From assembly GCF_000002075.1 (NCBI RefSeq), contig NW_004797278.1:2156009-2220008 (forward strand): a stretch of DNA of 64,000 bases. The letters run 5' to 3'. This DNA comes from Aplysia californica. Taxonomy: Eukaryota. Shown here one piece after another: positions 24,681-39,600 of the stretch (the stretch's first letter is position 1; each line of letters starts with the position of its first letter). The notes beneath the pieces are model-generated. The model saw only the letters and a list, made by a program, of their open reading frames with translations, had not been told where the DNA came from and ran no database searches. A program made the position numbers and the translations under genes.

Positions 24681-27600
24681 CAGCTATTGCTGGATCGATA
24701 ACAACAACTACAACAATAACCACCAACCCGTACTGGCTACAGAGCCATTTGTGCTGCCCCACGCTATACTAGAGCCTGCTGTGGTTGTGGTGCCAGAGAA
24801 AGCAGAGTCCCAGTTCACAGAGGAGCTTGTAGTGCCACCACCTGCTGAACTCACAGCATCCGAACTGTTAAAGTCAAACCAGTTGGCATCAGCTGCAAAA
24901 ATATAAGAACGCAAATTTGTGAACGAGAATCAGACCAGCTCATTTTAGGCGTACTATGACTGACAAGACAACAATCAATTTTCAATCATTAAACTTCAAG
25001 CATGGATAAAGTCACTAAAAAAGTTTAGGCCTGCTGAAAATGACCCAAAAAGATCAACCTCCCTCCCAACTTTCGAATAAGTTACATTAGCCAGACATCC
25101 AGACATAATACTGAAGCTTATCTGACAGCAATAAAGTTCTATATTTAAAAATCTTTCACAACAAAATTTACCATTAGAAGCTGGTGCTGGTGCTGGTGCT
25201 GCTGCAGGTGCTGGTGCTGGTGCTGCTGCAGGTGCTGGTGCTGGTGCTGCTGCAGGCGCTGCTTTAGCTCTGTCAAAGGGAAAAAACAAAAAGAAAGCAA
25301 TGATCATCATCGCTCGCAGCCATTATAGAAAAATAACAATCATTTAGGTTATTTAAACAGACAGGGACATCCACAACTCTCCCACCCCCTTTTCCAATCT
25401 AAAAAAATATACAAGATGTACCTTATATAATGAATATAAACATTGCTTAAATTTGGCGAACATAAAGTTGTTATGAAATATTAAATCTGAACATCAGAAT
25501 ATTAGACAATTTTGACTATGTAAAATTCACAGCTCCAGTGATCAGAGACTGAATTATTTCCATCAACACTGCTGGCACTGTGCAGACTTTTCAGTAATAT
25601 ACAACAGGACAGTCTTCAGTATTATGTTTCTACCTTTGCTGTTGCTCTATTTCCTGTTTCAGCTTTTCTTGACGTTCCCTTTCTTGCTTCTGTTTCTGCT
25701 GCATTTCTTGAGCAGCTTTTTTCTGCAAGGTGATCTTTTCTTCTTGTTGTTTCCTAAGAAGGGGAAGGTCTCTCTCTAGTTTGGATATTTGTTCCTGCAT
25801 GTTCTGAAATCATGACAAAATATATAACATTTGAGAACATTAAATCACAAGTATAGAGTGTATCAGGTGCATTAGGCAGGTAGTCATGTAGCTATTGCCA
25901 AAAACTAACCATATACATAAGAGGCTGTCCAAAAGATTTATTGATAAAGCAGCAGTCTACAGATTTATGATGTAACTTTTAAACCCTTTCCGGGCGTATC
26001 GCCGATTTATTGGCGCGAGTCCACACCCCTTGCGGACGTATTGCAGATATATTGGCTGTGATAGGTGTCTCAGTATTGTTTCATTTTAACACGATCCGTA
26101 TTTATAATTACTTTTTATTGCTATAGAAAAACTCAGAAAGGATTTAGGAAACGAAAACATCTAGTTTCACTTTGTCAAAGTGTGGGTTTGGGGAAAAACG
26201 AGTGAATTAGTTCTAGTGGTCTTGCATCAACAAAATGATGTAACCGGACTCTGTATAAATATCATAACTTAAAGAAAAATTGGAATATTGCTTCCAAATA
26301 AAAAGCTGCACATACAGAAATTTATGGATTACGCTCTTGGCCTGTATATGATAAGATAGCTATGCTGATTTGCTTTCATATGTTTGGTGAATGTTATTTT
26401 TTCGGTCAAAATTTATTTTTCTCATCATCATCGCCATTTCTAACCCTTCTAATGCATACTTATGTTCAAAATTAATCCTTGTTTCATATTGGAATGTATT
26501 CCTCATTCAATTTCCTTCAATTTGATATATCATATGTTACGTTTTGAGTGACGGTTATGCTTCTATGAAGTTATTTTGTACACCAACTGCATAGCCAAAT
26601 CGACCCACAAGTTAATTATGTCTAGACCCAAAAAAAACTACATCCGTAGAGTTAAAACAATTCATTTAACATTAATATCCAATACCATTTTTTTCCACCA
26701 CACAAGAAATCATGACAAAGAGAACAAACCTTGAGCTCGGCATTGTTACAATCAATCTCTCCCAGTCTGGCTTCAGTATCACTTTCTAGCTGTTCCACTT
26801 CTTTGTTTAGCTGCTGGATTCTCGTTCGCTTGGTGTCAACACTATGCATGACAGTGCGATGAGCGTCCGCTAAATTAGGATAAAGCAATTTAAAACATGT
26901 TGATATTATTTGTTCGGACAGGACCATTCCAAAGTCAGGAACTCTGTACAATTTTACTGAAAAAGTCTTTAAAAAAAAATACAAGTCACCAAAAATTCTT
27001 ACGCACAATACACAAATCTCTCACAGCATCTTCCTTTGAGACAGCAATTTTAATAGTCATTCATTATTTTATGTAATGTAACACACCAAAACAAATTATG
27101 ATTTGGCAAAAAGAAGGCAAAAAAAGAAGATATGACTTAGACAAGAGCTTAAAGGAGATGTTAAAGTTTACTTCCTTATTCATTACTTTGAACCACAAGG
27201 GTGCCTTTGGCATGGCTTAGTGTTTAGTCACACAACAGATCAAACACGCTCACAGCAGCAATTTACTTACATAAAGGTGTGCCCTGAGCAGTCTGAACTT
27301 GAACATTCAAGACATCCTTCTCGCTGTTGAGGCCAGACGATTTCTTGTTGAGTTCCTACAGGAACAAAAAGTATACTGTACCTGCTATTTTGAAACAATG
27401 TTACAAAATAAATAACACTGTACCAGCTATTTCAAAGCATTGCTTCCCATAAACAATCTCCCTACATTTCTTTTTTTTTTTTTTTTTTTTTGATAAAGTG
27501 TTTTTACGGCGCTCGCAACTGCATAGGTCATATGAGCGCGCGGGACACTCCTAATATTTTCAGTTGGTAGGAAATTTTGAATTTTGCCCGGGTGGCGGCC

Positions 27601-30600
27601 GAAGCCTACTCTTATCGATTTTAGACCACCAAGGGATCTTTAACGTGCGCAACTTGCACACGGGCCCTCCGAGATTTTTCGCCCTTGTCCGAGAAGGCTA
27701 GGTGTAGATCTTTCCTACCAGAAGATCAGGGGTGTGGCAGAAAGACAGCAGTAAGGAGGAGCCAAGGAGTAGCAGTAGAAAGGCTGCAGAAAGAGTCAGG
27801 AGCCCAGAGGAGGGGGCAAAGGAGGTGAGGGGGTGGGGGCAGAAAGTGGACATGAAAGCAGACAACAGAACATTGCTAGAGAGCAGGAAAGGAGGTGAAA
27901 GGAGACAATTTTAGAGAAGAACATTTTTCGGTCGCTACCCGGATTCGAACCCGGGACCTTTGAATGAGAGGCCAACACCTTAACCTCTAGGCCACGAGAG
28001 CCCCCCTACATTTCTAAAAGGCTGGAAACAAAAAAATGTAAAAAAAAAAAAATTAAGATAGAGTAATAAGATAACAAAGCATTCCTTCAATGTGCAGGCT
28101 AAGGAAAGCATCTTGACAGCAAAGACTAAAATAGACAGAGCACTCCCCTCAGGGAGAGGCTCTGACTTCTTTGAGGAACAAAACTTGTTCCAAACAACCA
28201 TTCTATTTATTGACTGACATGGTTTCCAACCAACTAAGGCCCCATTGTAAATGATACTATTTTTTCTCACTGGTGAAATAAAAGTCAAGACCAAAACAAA
28301 ATAGAAATAGGTTGAGGATACAATTTTTTTTCAATAGCCTCTTCAGGTGCTTTTCTCATCATGTTGTCAAAATCCCTTACAGCTTCTTTCCTTTAAGAAA
28401 AAAAGCAACAAATGCGCCAGTGACAGCGTGACATGAAAGAAAAATGTTTTAAACGAATTCATCCCAGTAATGCAACAGTCCTTTTAGTTCACTTTTTAAT
28501 CTAAATGCTTTTGTAGTAAAAGTTCCAAGTCCCCTCATTTCTGAGAACATTGGGTTATAAAAAGTTGAAAGCAACGGCTGCATGTGAATGTGATAAGAGC
28601 ATATTTTAGAGCAAAAGCAAATAGTTGAGTGAAATTTTGACAAGAGAAGTAATTATTTTCCACTACGCTATCATAGAATACATCAGGTCATGGCATTTCA
28701 AGCCATGTGAAACACAGGTGGAAATCTTTTTAAACTAAAATCTCTTTGCAAATATAAGTTACCTTTGATACAACTGCCAGATCAGGCCATACTGGCAAGA
28801 TCACTCAAGTCGTTGGTATGGAAACGGTTATGGTAGAAAAGTATTTTAAAAAACCAAAGGCCCCAAAATTAACACCTACCATTGACTGCCTCTCATATAA
28901 GTCAATATCAGCGAGGGTGCGGTCACGAGATACTCTCATTCCATCGATGCTGGTGGTGAAATCAGTGACACCACCCTGGACTTGAGTGATTTTCAGGGAC
29001 AACTCTGCTTTCTTGGCATCCTATAGACATAATGGAAAGTTACCGAGACTTCATTTCCTTCAATAATAGAAAATGTCATCAGCAGCAAAACAAAACTGAG
29101 CCAAATGGACTCACCAAAGCTCATAATCAGTTCTAATGTACAATTCCTTGTACACAAATGTTTCCTTTCATTAGTTAACTTTTCCAGTGCACATCTAGGA
29201 TCTCAATTTTAAAAAAGACAACTTTAAGGTTTCATTTTTTACCAAAATTCCCCCCCCNNNNNNNNNNNNNNNNNNNNNNNNNNNNNNNNNNNNNNNNNNN
29301 NNNNNNNNNNNNNNNNNNNNNNNNNNNNNNNNNNNNNNNNNNNNNNNNNNNNNNNNNGTAATAGAATTGGGGGGTGGGTACTATCAAATTTAAGCGCCAC
29401 GATGTTTACAGTAGTGGTAGATCTAGATCTAGAATCTAGTGCAGTCGCAACCGCAAGACAACGAATACAAGACAGCCAGGTCTTTTTCCTCTAGACTCTC
29501 TATATTTTAGAGTTTCGTCCCAACTATCGGACATGATCATTTATTTCTTCTCTAGAATCTAGATCTAGAATCTAGTTATTGAGACAAGAGAGAGCAGAAC
29601 ATGTCAGAAGAAACAGAAAACACGCCCAATGACATTGCTTTGATTTTGAAAAACATTGGTAGATCTACTGCTGCTCTCAGATACTCTTTTGACCTCTGCA
29701 CCCAAGACTTGCGGGTGAGACACGAGCTATACAAGTAGATTAACTGGGATTCAGACTAAACTATAGACAATAGGATACAAATAAAATACTAGTAGCTAAA
29801 GTAGAGTAAACTAAAAGGGAGGGAGAAGGAAGACTGCGGCACACTCCGCCGTCTTCTTCATCTCCTCATCATGTCTGAAGTCGTCTGTGTAGAGATTCTA
29901 GAATCTATAGATCTATGATCACAAAAGCAATTCTGACCGTCTTACCTTCACTATCTCATTGAAATCCTCATATCATGCAAATGCAGTTTATCTTACAGTT
30001 CAACTGCTGATGTAAAATACAATCATTATTTTGACACCCCACGACAAGAGGCACACAGATCGAAATTATTATTATCAGTTTGCGGAGTGCCCCCCGGTTG
30101 TGGACACATAAAATTTGCAATGTATTGTGGGTAAGGGGGCGTTTCCGGAAATTTTCAATTTGTTGCGAGCACGTACGGTACAGTCAAGGCTGTTCGAAAA
30201 TAGAGTCGAATCAACACAAACACCACACACTGTGAAGGAGTCTGCCACTGCACAGTTTCCACACATAGAAAGTCTTATTATATATCATAAATTTGAGTGT
30301 ATTGCTCTAAAGTTGTGTGGAACTGACGAGTAATCACGTATAAATTTGTTGGATATATATTTCCGTTGTTGATAAGATGGTGCATTTGTGTGAAGATTAG
30401 GAATTAGACCAACAAGCTAGGTTTCGAGGCCTAGCCTAGCCTAGCGTAGGCGGAGAAAACTCAAAATCAAACAGGGGAAAACAGTTTGAATTTTAATGTT
30501 GTTAACAATGCAAACTTTGAGAGGAAACTTCATTGGGCCAGACGCTGTTCTTACGAATGAAGAGGTATGTATGATTTAGTGAAATTTGGCCCAAGGATGA

Positions 30601-33600
30601 AAGTCAAGAATAGCATACAAACAGTGTGAGTAACTGTTCGAAATAAAAATTGGATGAAAAGTTGGCGCTTTTTCGGTAGTTCCCACCCCGCATTGTTATT
30701 CGCCGGTATTGGCCCCAAGAGTAGGGGGGATTCAAAAATTATTGAGCTTTTACAGGAATAAAATTCTTGGCTTCCAAAACTCTGTGGGTAATATAATTTA
30801 CGGCTTCCACAGTTATACATAAAGACACGCACATAGTCTACAATCTCAAACAAACAATAAAACTCCAACAAAAACAGAGGCAAAGAAAAAAGAAAAGAAA
30901 CCATTTTAAATTTTTATCCACAACATACAGACATGACTCACTGTTATTCTAAAAAAAAAAAGAAAAAAAAAAAGAAAAAACAACTAACTTCATAACGATA
31001 CACAATTATAAAAAAGCATTTTATTTCATCTTCACTTTGAAAGTGGGTAAAGAGGATAAATCAACACATTTTTTCTCTCTCAAAGCAAAGGTATGAAAAT
31101 ATGGCATTTTAAGAAGCTCTGTGTTAAAAATCTTACCAAGGACTCCAGTTCATTCTTCAGTTTGGCCATCTGTGATTTGAGTATACTCAGTTGCTCATAC
31201 TCCCGTTGCTTTTCAGCAATCAGTTGTTCTTTTCTTTGTCTTTCCCATTCCATCTGCCTCTGGCGTTCCAACTCTCGCCGAGCAGCCTAATCAAAATACA
31301 TTTTAGAGAAATTAGAACAGTACAACCCCCCCCCCCCCACAAAAATTTTTTTACCCTGTGCCCAAAAAATCTCAGCTTCTACCATTAACTATCACCAAAA
31401 TCCCCCCTCCCCCCCAGGAGTGTATACACCGTACAAGATCAAATTCATTCTAACAAATGCACTGCCCTAAAACTATTGGCATTACAAACAATATCCAAAA
31501 TGCTCGCCTGCAGTCTACTGCTTACTTGGTAATGAAGTAAACAACCCTGTTATTTCAGCTATGCCACACTTTAGTTCAATGTTATTTTACAAATCTGCCC
31601 ATCCCCAGGCAACCCAACATGAAAATAATGTGGTCCTTGTATTCTTGGTAACTTAGAATTTCGTCTCAAGCATAAACTGATGCAGCTCAAACTACATCCT
31701 CTACTTACTTCTCTCTGTTCCAACATCTTTCGTCTTTGCTCTTCAATCTCTCTTTCTTTCTCTCTCTGTTTCTCAAGCTGCCTTTGAAATTCAGCCTGCC
31801 TTCGAGTTTCAGCTTCCAACCTAATTCACAGGTGCAAAGAAAATAAAAATTCAAGCTTAATATTTAACAAAAATATAACCTTTCATGCAGGAACAGATAT
31901 AACAAATTATCTACTTAAAATACAGCTGCGATCACGACCTCAGTCAATGCTGCTTTAAACAATCCAAACAGCACTGTATGACAAAAAAACAGAAGATACA
32001 TATACCCCAAATCTTTTATCACTGCCTGTACGTTAGTCTTGCTCTGGTTAGATATTTTGAAATAGTGATGTAAGAGTACACAAAATTTCTATAAAATCAG
32101 GCTACTGAACCAAGACATAGAAAAGATAAAAATTTTATCAACTCAGCTTTATAATTTCTGCAAGGTAAACAAGACAAGACCTAGGTAAACAAGACAAGAC
32201 CTAACTATTCAAATGAATACCAAAATCCATTTTTGTGACCCATATTTTTCTGAAAGCCACATTACCTTTGCCTTTCTCGCTTCTCAGCCTCTTGCCTTTC
32301 CTTTTCCAAACGTTCATTTTCTTCTTTCTTTTGCTGCTCTCGCAACAAAGCTCTCCTCCTTTCAAGTTCTGCTTGGCCTTTATCAAAGTTCTCCTTTCTC
32401 TTGTCCTCAAAAGTAACTAGACAAGAATTTAAAAAACATAATTATTTACTAAATATGGGGACTAAATATGTGTACCAGGTTTATCATGACACGATAAATA
32501 CAAATCAAAATGACAGCAATTCCAAGTTCCAACTATTCAAATATAAAATAAACAGTTATCTTAAAGGAATTTTAAAAAGGCCAGGAAAGTCAGCCATCTA
32601 AAAATAATTAGGGTTCAGTGATATAAAAGCAATAAGTAGCATACATGAATCTTTACAAATAGTTCATCCTCTTACAGTGATTAGAATAAGCATATGAAGA
32701 CAGAATACAAAGAAGTAAAGAGCCTTATTATTGGAACAAGAAACATGAGCACACTAACTTGCAACATCAATGCCAGCTTGCCTGAGAGTTGATATTCTGA
32801 CTCCCTTCACTTTGTCCAAAGAGTTTTCTTTATCTGCTTTCTCAAAATCAACTTTTAATCTTTCAATCACGTAAACATATATTCTAACTGTATTTATGAG
32901 TCCACTAATCAATACAACAATCTTAAAAAGATCTTCCTACCCTGATCATCTATGGACAAATCCTCAGCTGGCTGAGCATTAGCTGGAATAGGAGCAACAG
33001 GCTGAGGCATGCCAGCGTTACCCAAGAGGTCTGTGAAGGCATCCTTCTTTGGTGTTGCTGAAGAGCGACAGAAAGAGAGAGGGTGAATACAATGAAAAAA
33101 AAGACCAGTTTCTCAAAATATGTAGAAAAAAAATCAATCTATACATTTGTTATCTCAGAGCAAGACTACCTTAAACACTCATTATCCTATATCTGATTTT
33201 TAAAAACTGTGACACTTAGCAACTACAGTACATTAAACATTTTACTCACACACTCACTTTTTAACTATCAGGGAAGAAAAAATTATTTTAAACCATAATC
33301 TTCATTTTGGATCACATAAGTTTTTCGAAAAGGCCAATAAGCTAAAAACATAAATTAAGTTAACCAAATTTAGCAAAAACTTTGAAAAGAAAGTTCAAAT
33401 AGAAATATCACTAACTGGGCTGGGCACTGGCTGGTGGGGGAGATGTGACACTCCCTGATCGGGACTTGCTCGGCAGTAATTCTGGTGGCAGAGTTGGTGG
33501 CAAAGTAATGCCCATTCTCCCCAGTTCAGAGAGATGCATAGCAATACAAAACTCGTCACAAGTCAGCTTGCCGTCTCTGTCGATATCAGCTAATGTCCTA

Positions 33601-36600
33601 AAAGATAACAAACAGACATGAAAAAATTATTGAGCTTTTACAGGAATAAAATTCTTGGCTTCCAAAACTCTGTGGGGAATATAATTTACGGCTTCCACAG
33701 TTATACATAAAGACACGCACATAGTCTACAATCTCATATCCCCCACCTCTCTTCCAAAATGCAATAAAAACTCAGAAGGAAATAAAGACATCTTCCTAAA
33801 CAAAATGTACAGCACAAACACAATGAGAGCTTACCAAATTTGAGCTAAAACTTGCTGAGGCAATCCAGATTGCATCAAAATTGCTCTTGCTTCTACACCT
33901 GAAAAAAAAAAGAGTGCAAATGTGCTATTCCAAAGACTGCTGAATGACCTCAGGCTTGAAGACTTCCCTTTTCAATGATTGTGTTCAGCTCATTATGTTG
34001 TCACTGGAAGTGAAATCTCAGTATTAACATAAGATAACCAAAACAAAAAAAGAAAGATAATACAGATATGGATAAGCAGACAACACCGAATCAAGGCCAA
34101 AGAACTTGGTGAACAAATTTTCTCAGAAATCTTCTCTCAACACCCCCCCCCCCCCTCCCCCAGCAAAATGAATATATTTCTAGAGAACTGAAGCCAACAA
34201 AAGCCATTTTTTACCTAATATTTCTCTATAGACCTATATTATGATGTTTTACAAACTTTTATTTGGAAATTCTTTAGTAATACTAACAATATTTCACGTT
34301 TCAACAATACTATGTACCATCTGATTGTAAAGTCCCTTGAGCTTCATTTTCAAGCATAAATGTCCCAGAGACTTCAGTATCTTCATGATTATTACTTTTA
34401 AGTTATAAACTTACCCAGCAAATATCCTCTTTTATTACGATCGTTGGCATTAAAAGTTTGAGTGTGTTTCAGTTTTGTGTTGTGAGGCATTGCCCACTTA
34501 CTGCCCCTGAGGAAGAAAGACAAATGTCAACATGAAACACATGACATGAGGATTCAACAACTTCTAGGCATCTACCCATAGGAGAAACATTTGAGACTTT
34601 AACTGTAAAAAAGAAGCATTTGAAAACTTTTAAAGTTTCAGAGCCCACAGATTTATTGGCAGATGCTCAAAAATGGATTAAACAGTGAAAGTACCAACTT
34701 AGAAATTGAATGTCGATAACTAAAGATCCCATGAAAGGCATATAAAACACAAAATCAGTATAATGAAAACTTTGAAAAGACAGAAAGGCAGAAGTAAAAT
34801 GTTAAGGGTAACAACGGGGGGTGAGAAACACACTAAGTCAAAGGAGAATGAAAGAAATTAACCCCACACAAGTTCATTATAGACCAATAAAACCTACTGA
34901 AAAAGAATGAGCTTGCCAGATGGTAAGGTGATCAAGACATTTTACTTACAGCAAGACTTAACCAGAATCATAAATATAGTAAGAAGCAAAACATGAAAGA
35001 ACATAACTCACCCTTGTCCAGCGACTGGAGCACCAGGAACACCTGGAACCAAGATGACAACATGTAATTTGACATTTATTTTGTTCCTGTAAACTGAAAT
35101 ACCTATCTAAACTGTTCACTTCAAATACATATATATCTTTTCAAAGTTCTTTCTATGTTTTTTTATACACAACAAAGTAAAAGAGACAGGGATCATTAAT
35201 CAATATAATACAAACACAGGTCAACAGTCACAAACCTAAGTATTTTACCTATGACTGGATCTTTAAAATATTTCTACATATTCCTCAACCTACTGTAAGT
35301 CTGTCATTTCTTATCCTTTAACACTTTGCAGTCACACAGCCACCACTACAGAATACCCCTTCTGGTCACCCAGCCAGGAGAGTGATTACAACTGACTTCT
35401 CGGGCCTGGCCCATGATCGTAACAGATAATCTTCACCGTCGCATTATTGCGTCAAGTGACGGCAAAGTGTTAAAGCGGGGGAGACTTGAAACTTTCACAT
35501 TATCAGCTGACTACTGTACACTTTAAGCTCAAACAATTATTACAATTACAGGTATTACATCCAACAAAATAAGAAGGATACACTGAAAGAATTAGACTTG
35601 ACATGAGTTTACCAGAATGCATTCTAGATTATATCTTTTCTCTCTTCCTTGAAGAGAAGAAAAAGTCCACAATTCTAAAAAAAAATTCAAAATTTCCAAT
35701 TCTAAAGAGTGAATGCTGTAATCAATTATCACGTTTTAAGAGTTGTAAAAAACCTGACACGAGCTCACCTGTGGGAGCTACCCCTGCAACTGGCATAGCA
35801 CCTGGCACCTGCTGAATACCCCCAGCTGTGCCATTGGCCATCCGAGGGCCCATGCCTAGGGATCCAGTCGTCATTGTACCCGTGCCTAGAGACGCCTGGG
35901 GCTGCATCATTGAAACCACAGGCATGCCCATTCCTCCACCCATGGGTGCTGGAACACCTGTTCAAATTCAGCGGCAGAACTGAGAACTTCAGAACTTCAT
36001 ATTCACAATACTACAGCAGTGACTTCGGAAGAAACACTACCAGGAAATGACAAATCAATAAGAAAAGTATGCACCTTCAAAATAAAAGAATCAAAGACAG
36101 ATTTTATTTAGTCAAGATCGCAATGGAAATTATGGAGTTTCATGCTTCAATCAAAATCAGTATTTCTACCAACAGAAAATGCGACAGGTAGCAAAGCATT
36201 AAAAGTTCCATTTTCCTCTTTTGAAAGTTTTCTTTTAATGCTAGAAAGCTAAAACAAATGAAGATGACCAAATTACCTCCCATATGAAATCCCATTCCCA
36301 TAGCAGGAGACATGGGTCCACCCATGCCTGGTTGTGCGAAAGAACCCATCATGGGAGTTGGATCAGCTTTCAGGGAGGCTGGCAGAACTTTGGGCAACTC
36401 ATATCCTTGGAGCTTTTTCTTTATTAAATGCATGGCAATGGAGAATTCTTTCCTGTCCATTTTCCCATCTCCATTCATGTCTGCTAATGTCCTGAAAATA
36501 AGTACTCAACGTCACAAATCATAATGCACTACAATATCAAAGTGTGCTCTGGATTAGGCTTTTTCTTTCACTGAATGGTACAATATCACTCATAAACACT

Positions 36601-39600
36601 AGAAATAAGTCAGTGCAGTAATAACCAAACAATTTCTATTTATTTTAAAAGTCCATGTACAGCTTTACAATTTCAACTTTAATCTAGTTAGCAAAACATG
36701 TTCCCCGATGATTTAACTGGATTCAATAATGTTGAGAGTGCATGTGTGAAAACGATTTCAAACTACGTCTAGAAATTCAAATTCAGTTATAGTTGCATGT
36801 TAGTAACCAGTATAAGAATTTGACATGTGTTCCTAATAGTACATATTTTGCTACCGTAGAATTACAAAGTTCTATCTGACATTTTTCACCAAATGTTCTA
36901 CCTGCTCTACCATAATCGTAAGATTATTTGAAGTCGGTATCAACATATTCAAAGAATTGCATTAAAAAAACTATTTACATGTGAAACTCAAAATTTTTTA
37001 CATCCAATTTCTCAAAACAAGGTTTGTAATTTTGGGGTGGAGATTTATGAAATCAATTTAGAATAGTTTATGTCCCGAAAAATTCTTTTGGAAATAATAA
37101 ACAGTTCACTGATAAGCTAAAATTGCAAGTTAAAGTTACCATATTTGTCCAAGAATATTCGTCGCTAAACCAGACTGCATGAAAAAATCTCTTGCCTGGG
37201 TACCTGAGAAAATGAAAAAAAATAAATATATATTTTGTTGTTGTTGTCATTAGCGATACAGTAGCATCTGAGCGTTAACTCTTCTGCATGATGCCATTCT
37301 GTAATAGCTGCATGTCTGCTCGAATTGTAGTCTTGAGGAGTAGAGACAGTTAGATGTGTGGGGTAGCCTGGGAAGAAAACATCCCCTCAAATCGGTTAGT
37401 TTTCTACAGAAGAACAGATGATGCTCCACTGTCTCTGAGGAGTAGTCACATAGTGGGCAGGCAGCAGACTGCTTTACTCCGATTCGGTTGAGATGTTGAT
37501 TGAGGGGCACATGTTGTGTTCTAAGTTGGAAGATTGTGGACTGATCTCCCCTCCTCAACTCATTGATTGGATCTTTGACCAGTGGTTTTTATATATATTT
37601 TCAAAAGCATAAAATTAATGACAAAAATTTCAATATGTCATAAAGCTTTAACTATGTTGTAGATTTGAAGCTGAAAATATTACTGTTATCAACCAACACA
37701 TCTAACAAAACAAAATTTTTTTAAAACTTTACAACAGGGAAAAAATAGCAAAGAATAATTACTTCAATTCCAGTGAGCATAGACAGCACAATCAACATTT
37801 GTATGTATCGAGGTGCAAACCAAAATAAAAAATTAACTTAATTGCAAAAAAAATAATTTATCAACCACAAGCTGCAGAATGCAAATTTAAAAAGCCAGAA
37901 AAAATAAAATGCATTGACCTTTAAATGATCCCTTGAAATGTCAGAAACAAACAAACAAATTTAATAAATAAAAGCCTTTCACTATAAATGTCAATATTTA
38001 ATTCTTTATCCACATTCATACAATTATAAGAGGAAACAATTAAAAAAATTTTTAAGTTGTGAATCTCATTCAGCATCTAGTCTTATTATCTATATAACTG
38101 TTTACAGATCGATCTATGTTATCTCATCCTATTTAATAGACTGAGCACTTTATGAACTGTTTGAGAAAACAACGCTTTTATCAATGCAAAAGCCATTGCT
38201 TAAAAATTAGAATAAGATGAAAACAAATAAACACTGAACATTTTAAGATTAAAAATTATATGCCATAAAGAGGGTTTATATATATTTCTTTACCTGTCAC
38301 AAAGCCATTGACAGGCTTCAGGGTATAAAACTGGTCATCATGCTTTGCCCGATCTTCCCCAGTTACTCGCCAAGCATCTGCAGAACCATCAAGAATATAA
38401 AAGTAAAGGCTATAAATATAATTCTACCATGAACATGAACACAGAGCAAATCAGAGGGAAGATTAAGTCAGTTGCCCAAGACTTTCATTACTCAAAACAT
38501 TTAACTTTACTTGTCCACATGTGATTAAAATACAGAAAACTGGTTAAAAATAATGTATCTGTATCTGGTGGTCCTGACCTTTACATCACTTTTTAGAAGG
38601 AACCATATATTCTTTGGATCTCAAAATTTAAGCAAGGAAAATCCAAACACCCCCCCCCCCCTTTTTTTTTTTAAATGCAACAATTTGGTGTTTATTCTCA
38701 AGTGATCCAGCCCCTTGCAGTTTCAAAAACTTTTTGAATTAAAAAAAACCACATAAATTTCTAGAGAAATTAGAAGAACAGCAAAGACCATGTGTGTTTG
38801 TTTACGGAAGGGGGGATTTAATTAATTTTTTTTTTTTGGGGCGGGGGGGACGAGTATTTCTAATAACTTTTGTATATGGAGTGTCACTGTAACCCCCCCC
38901 CTCCAAAATCCCATGAAAATATGATTAACTCTTAAAGACTTTTATTCAAAACTAAGCTTACAACCTCTGTATAGATCTTCATACAAAGAATTAAAATCAT
39001 TTTTCTTCCACGATAAAGGGATAACTTTTTAAATTAATAATGACGTATATAATATTATAAAATTAATAAGTACCCATACATAGCAAAGTAGACACAATTT
39101 AGATGAATCAAAGTAAAAACAACATTTTTTATTTTTAAAAAAATCAAACATTCCATCAATCAATAAAAACCTGTGCTATATTATAATATATAAATGAGTC
39201 ATGACGTGGTGGAATCAGGCGCTTGTCAATTTTTGGGTATATGGCGTTATTGGTATCATCTTAAAGGTTGTTCATTGTTCTTGCATTTGATGAAAAAAGT
39301 ATCCATTTATCTTGAATAGAAGTCAAGATGTTAACGATTGAAGAAGGTGGGGTCGCCTGTTTTCAGAAGTAAAATTAGCGAGAAAATGGCCGCCAAATTT
39401 TGGTGACTTCCATAGCTCAAGAGTCCTTGGAAACTACAAATTTACATTTGTTTGTACTTTCATTCAACATTTTTTAAATAATCAACACACAAGAATGTTT
39501 TTGAATGGACATACAAGGTGTTGAGCCAAAAAACAAATATTCGCAAAAAAATTCCAAACTGGTTGAAACATGCCGATTCCTTCGATTTCATTATTTTGAC

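Noticed and set aside
25982-26655. Possible degenerate DNA transposon (similar case at about 46940-48520)
   Set aside because: The composition and subterminal repeats are suggestive, but I could not establish a matching TIR and TSD pair.
27925-28003. tRNA gene calls here and at about 12740-12812, 58208, 58673, 58946 and 62240
   Set aside because: These are SINE heads: attached to SINE bodies or TSDs, or too degenerate to form a cloverleaf.
32759-32781. Possible 23-nt ITSN microexon (cag|...|gttagt)
   Set aside because: It would shift the frame, and the flanking exons already join in phase.
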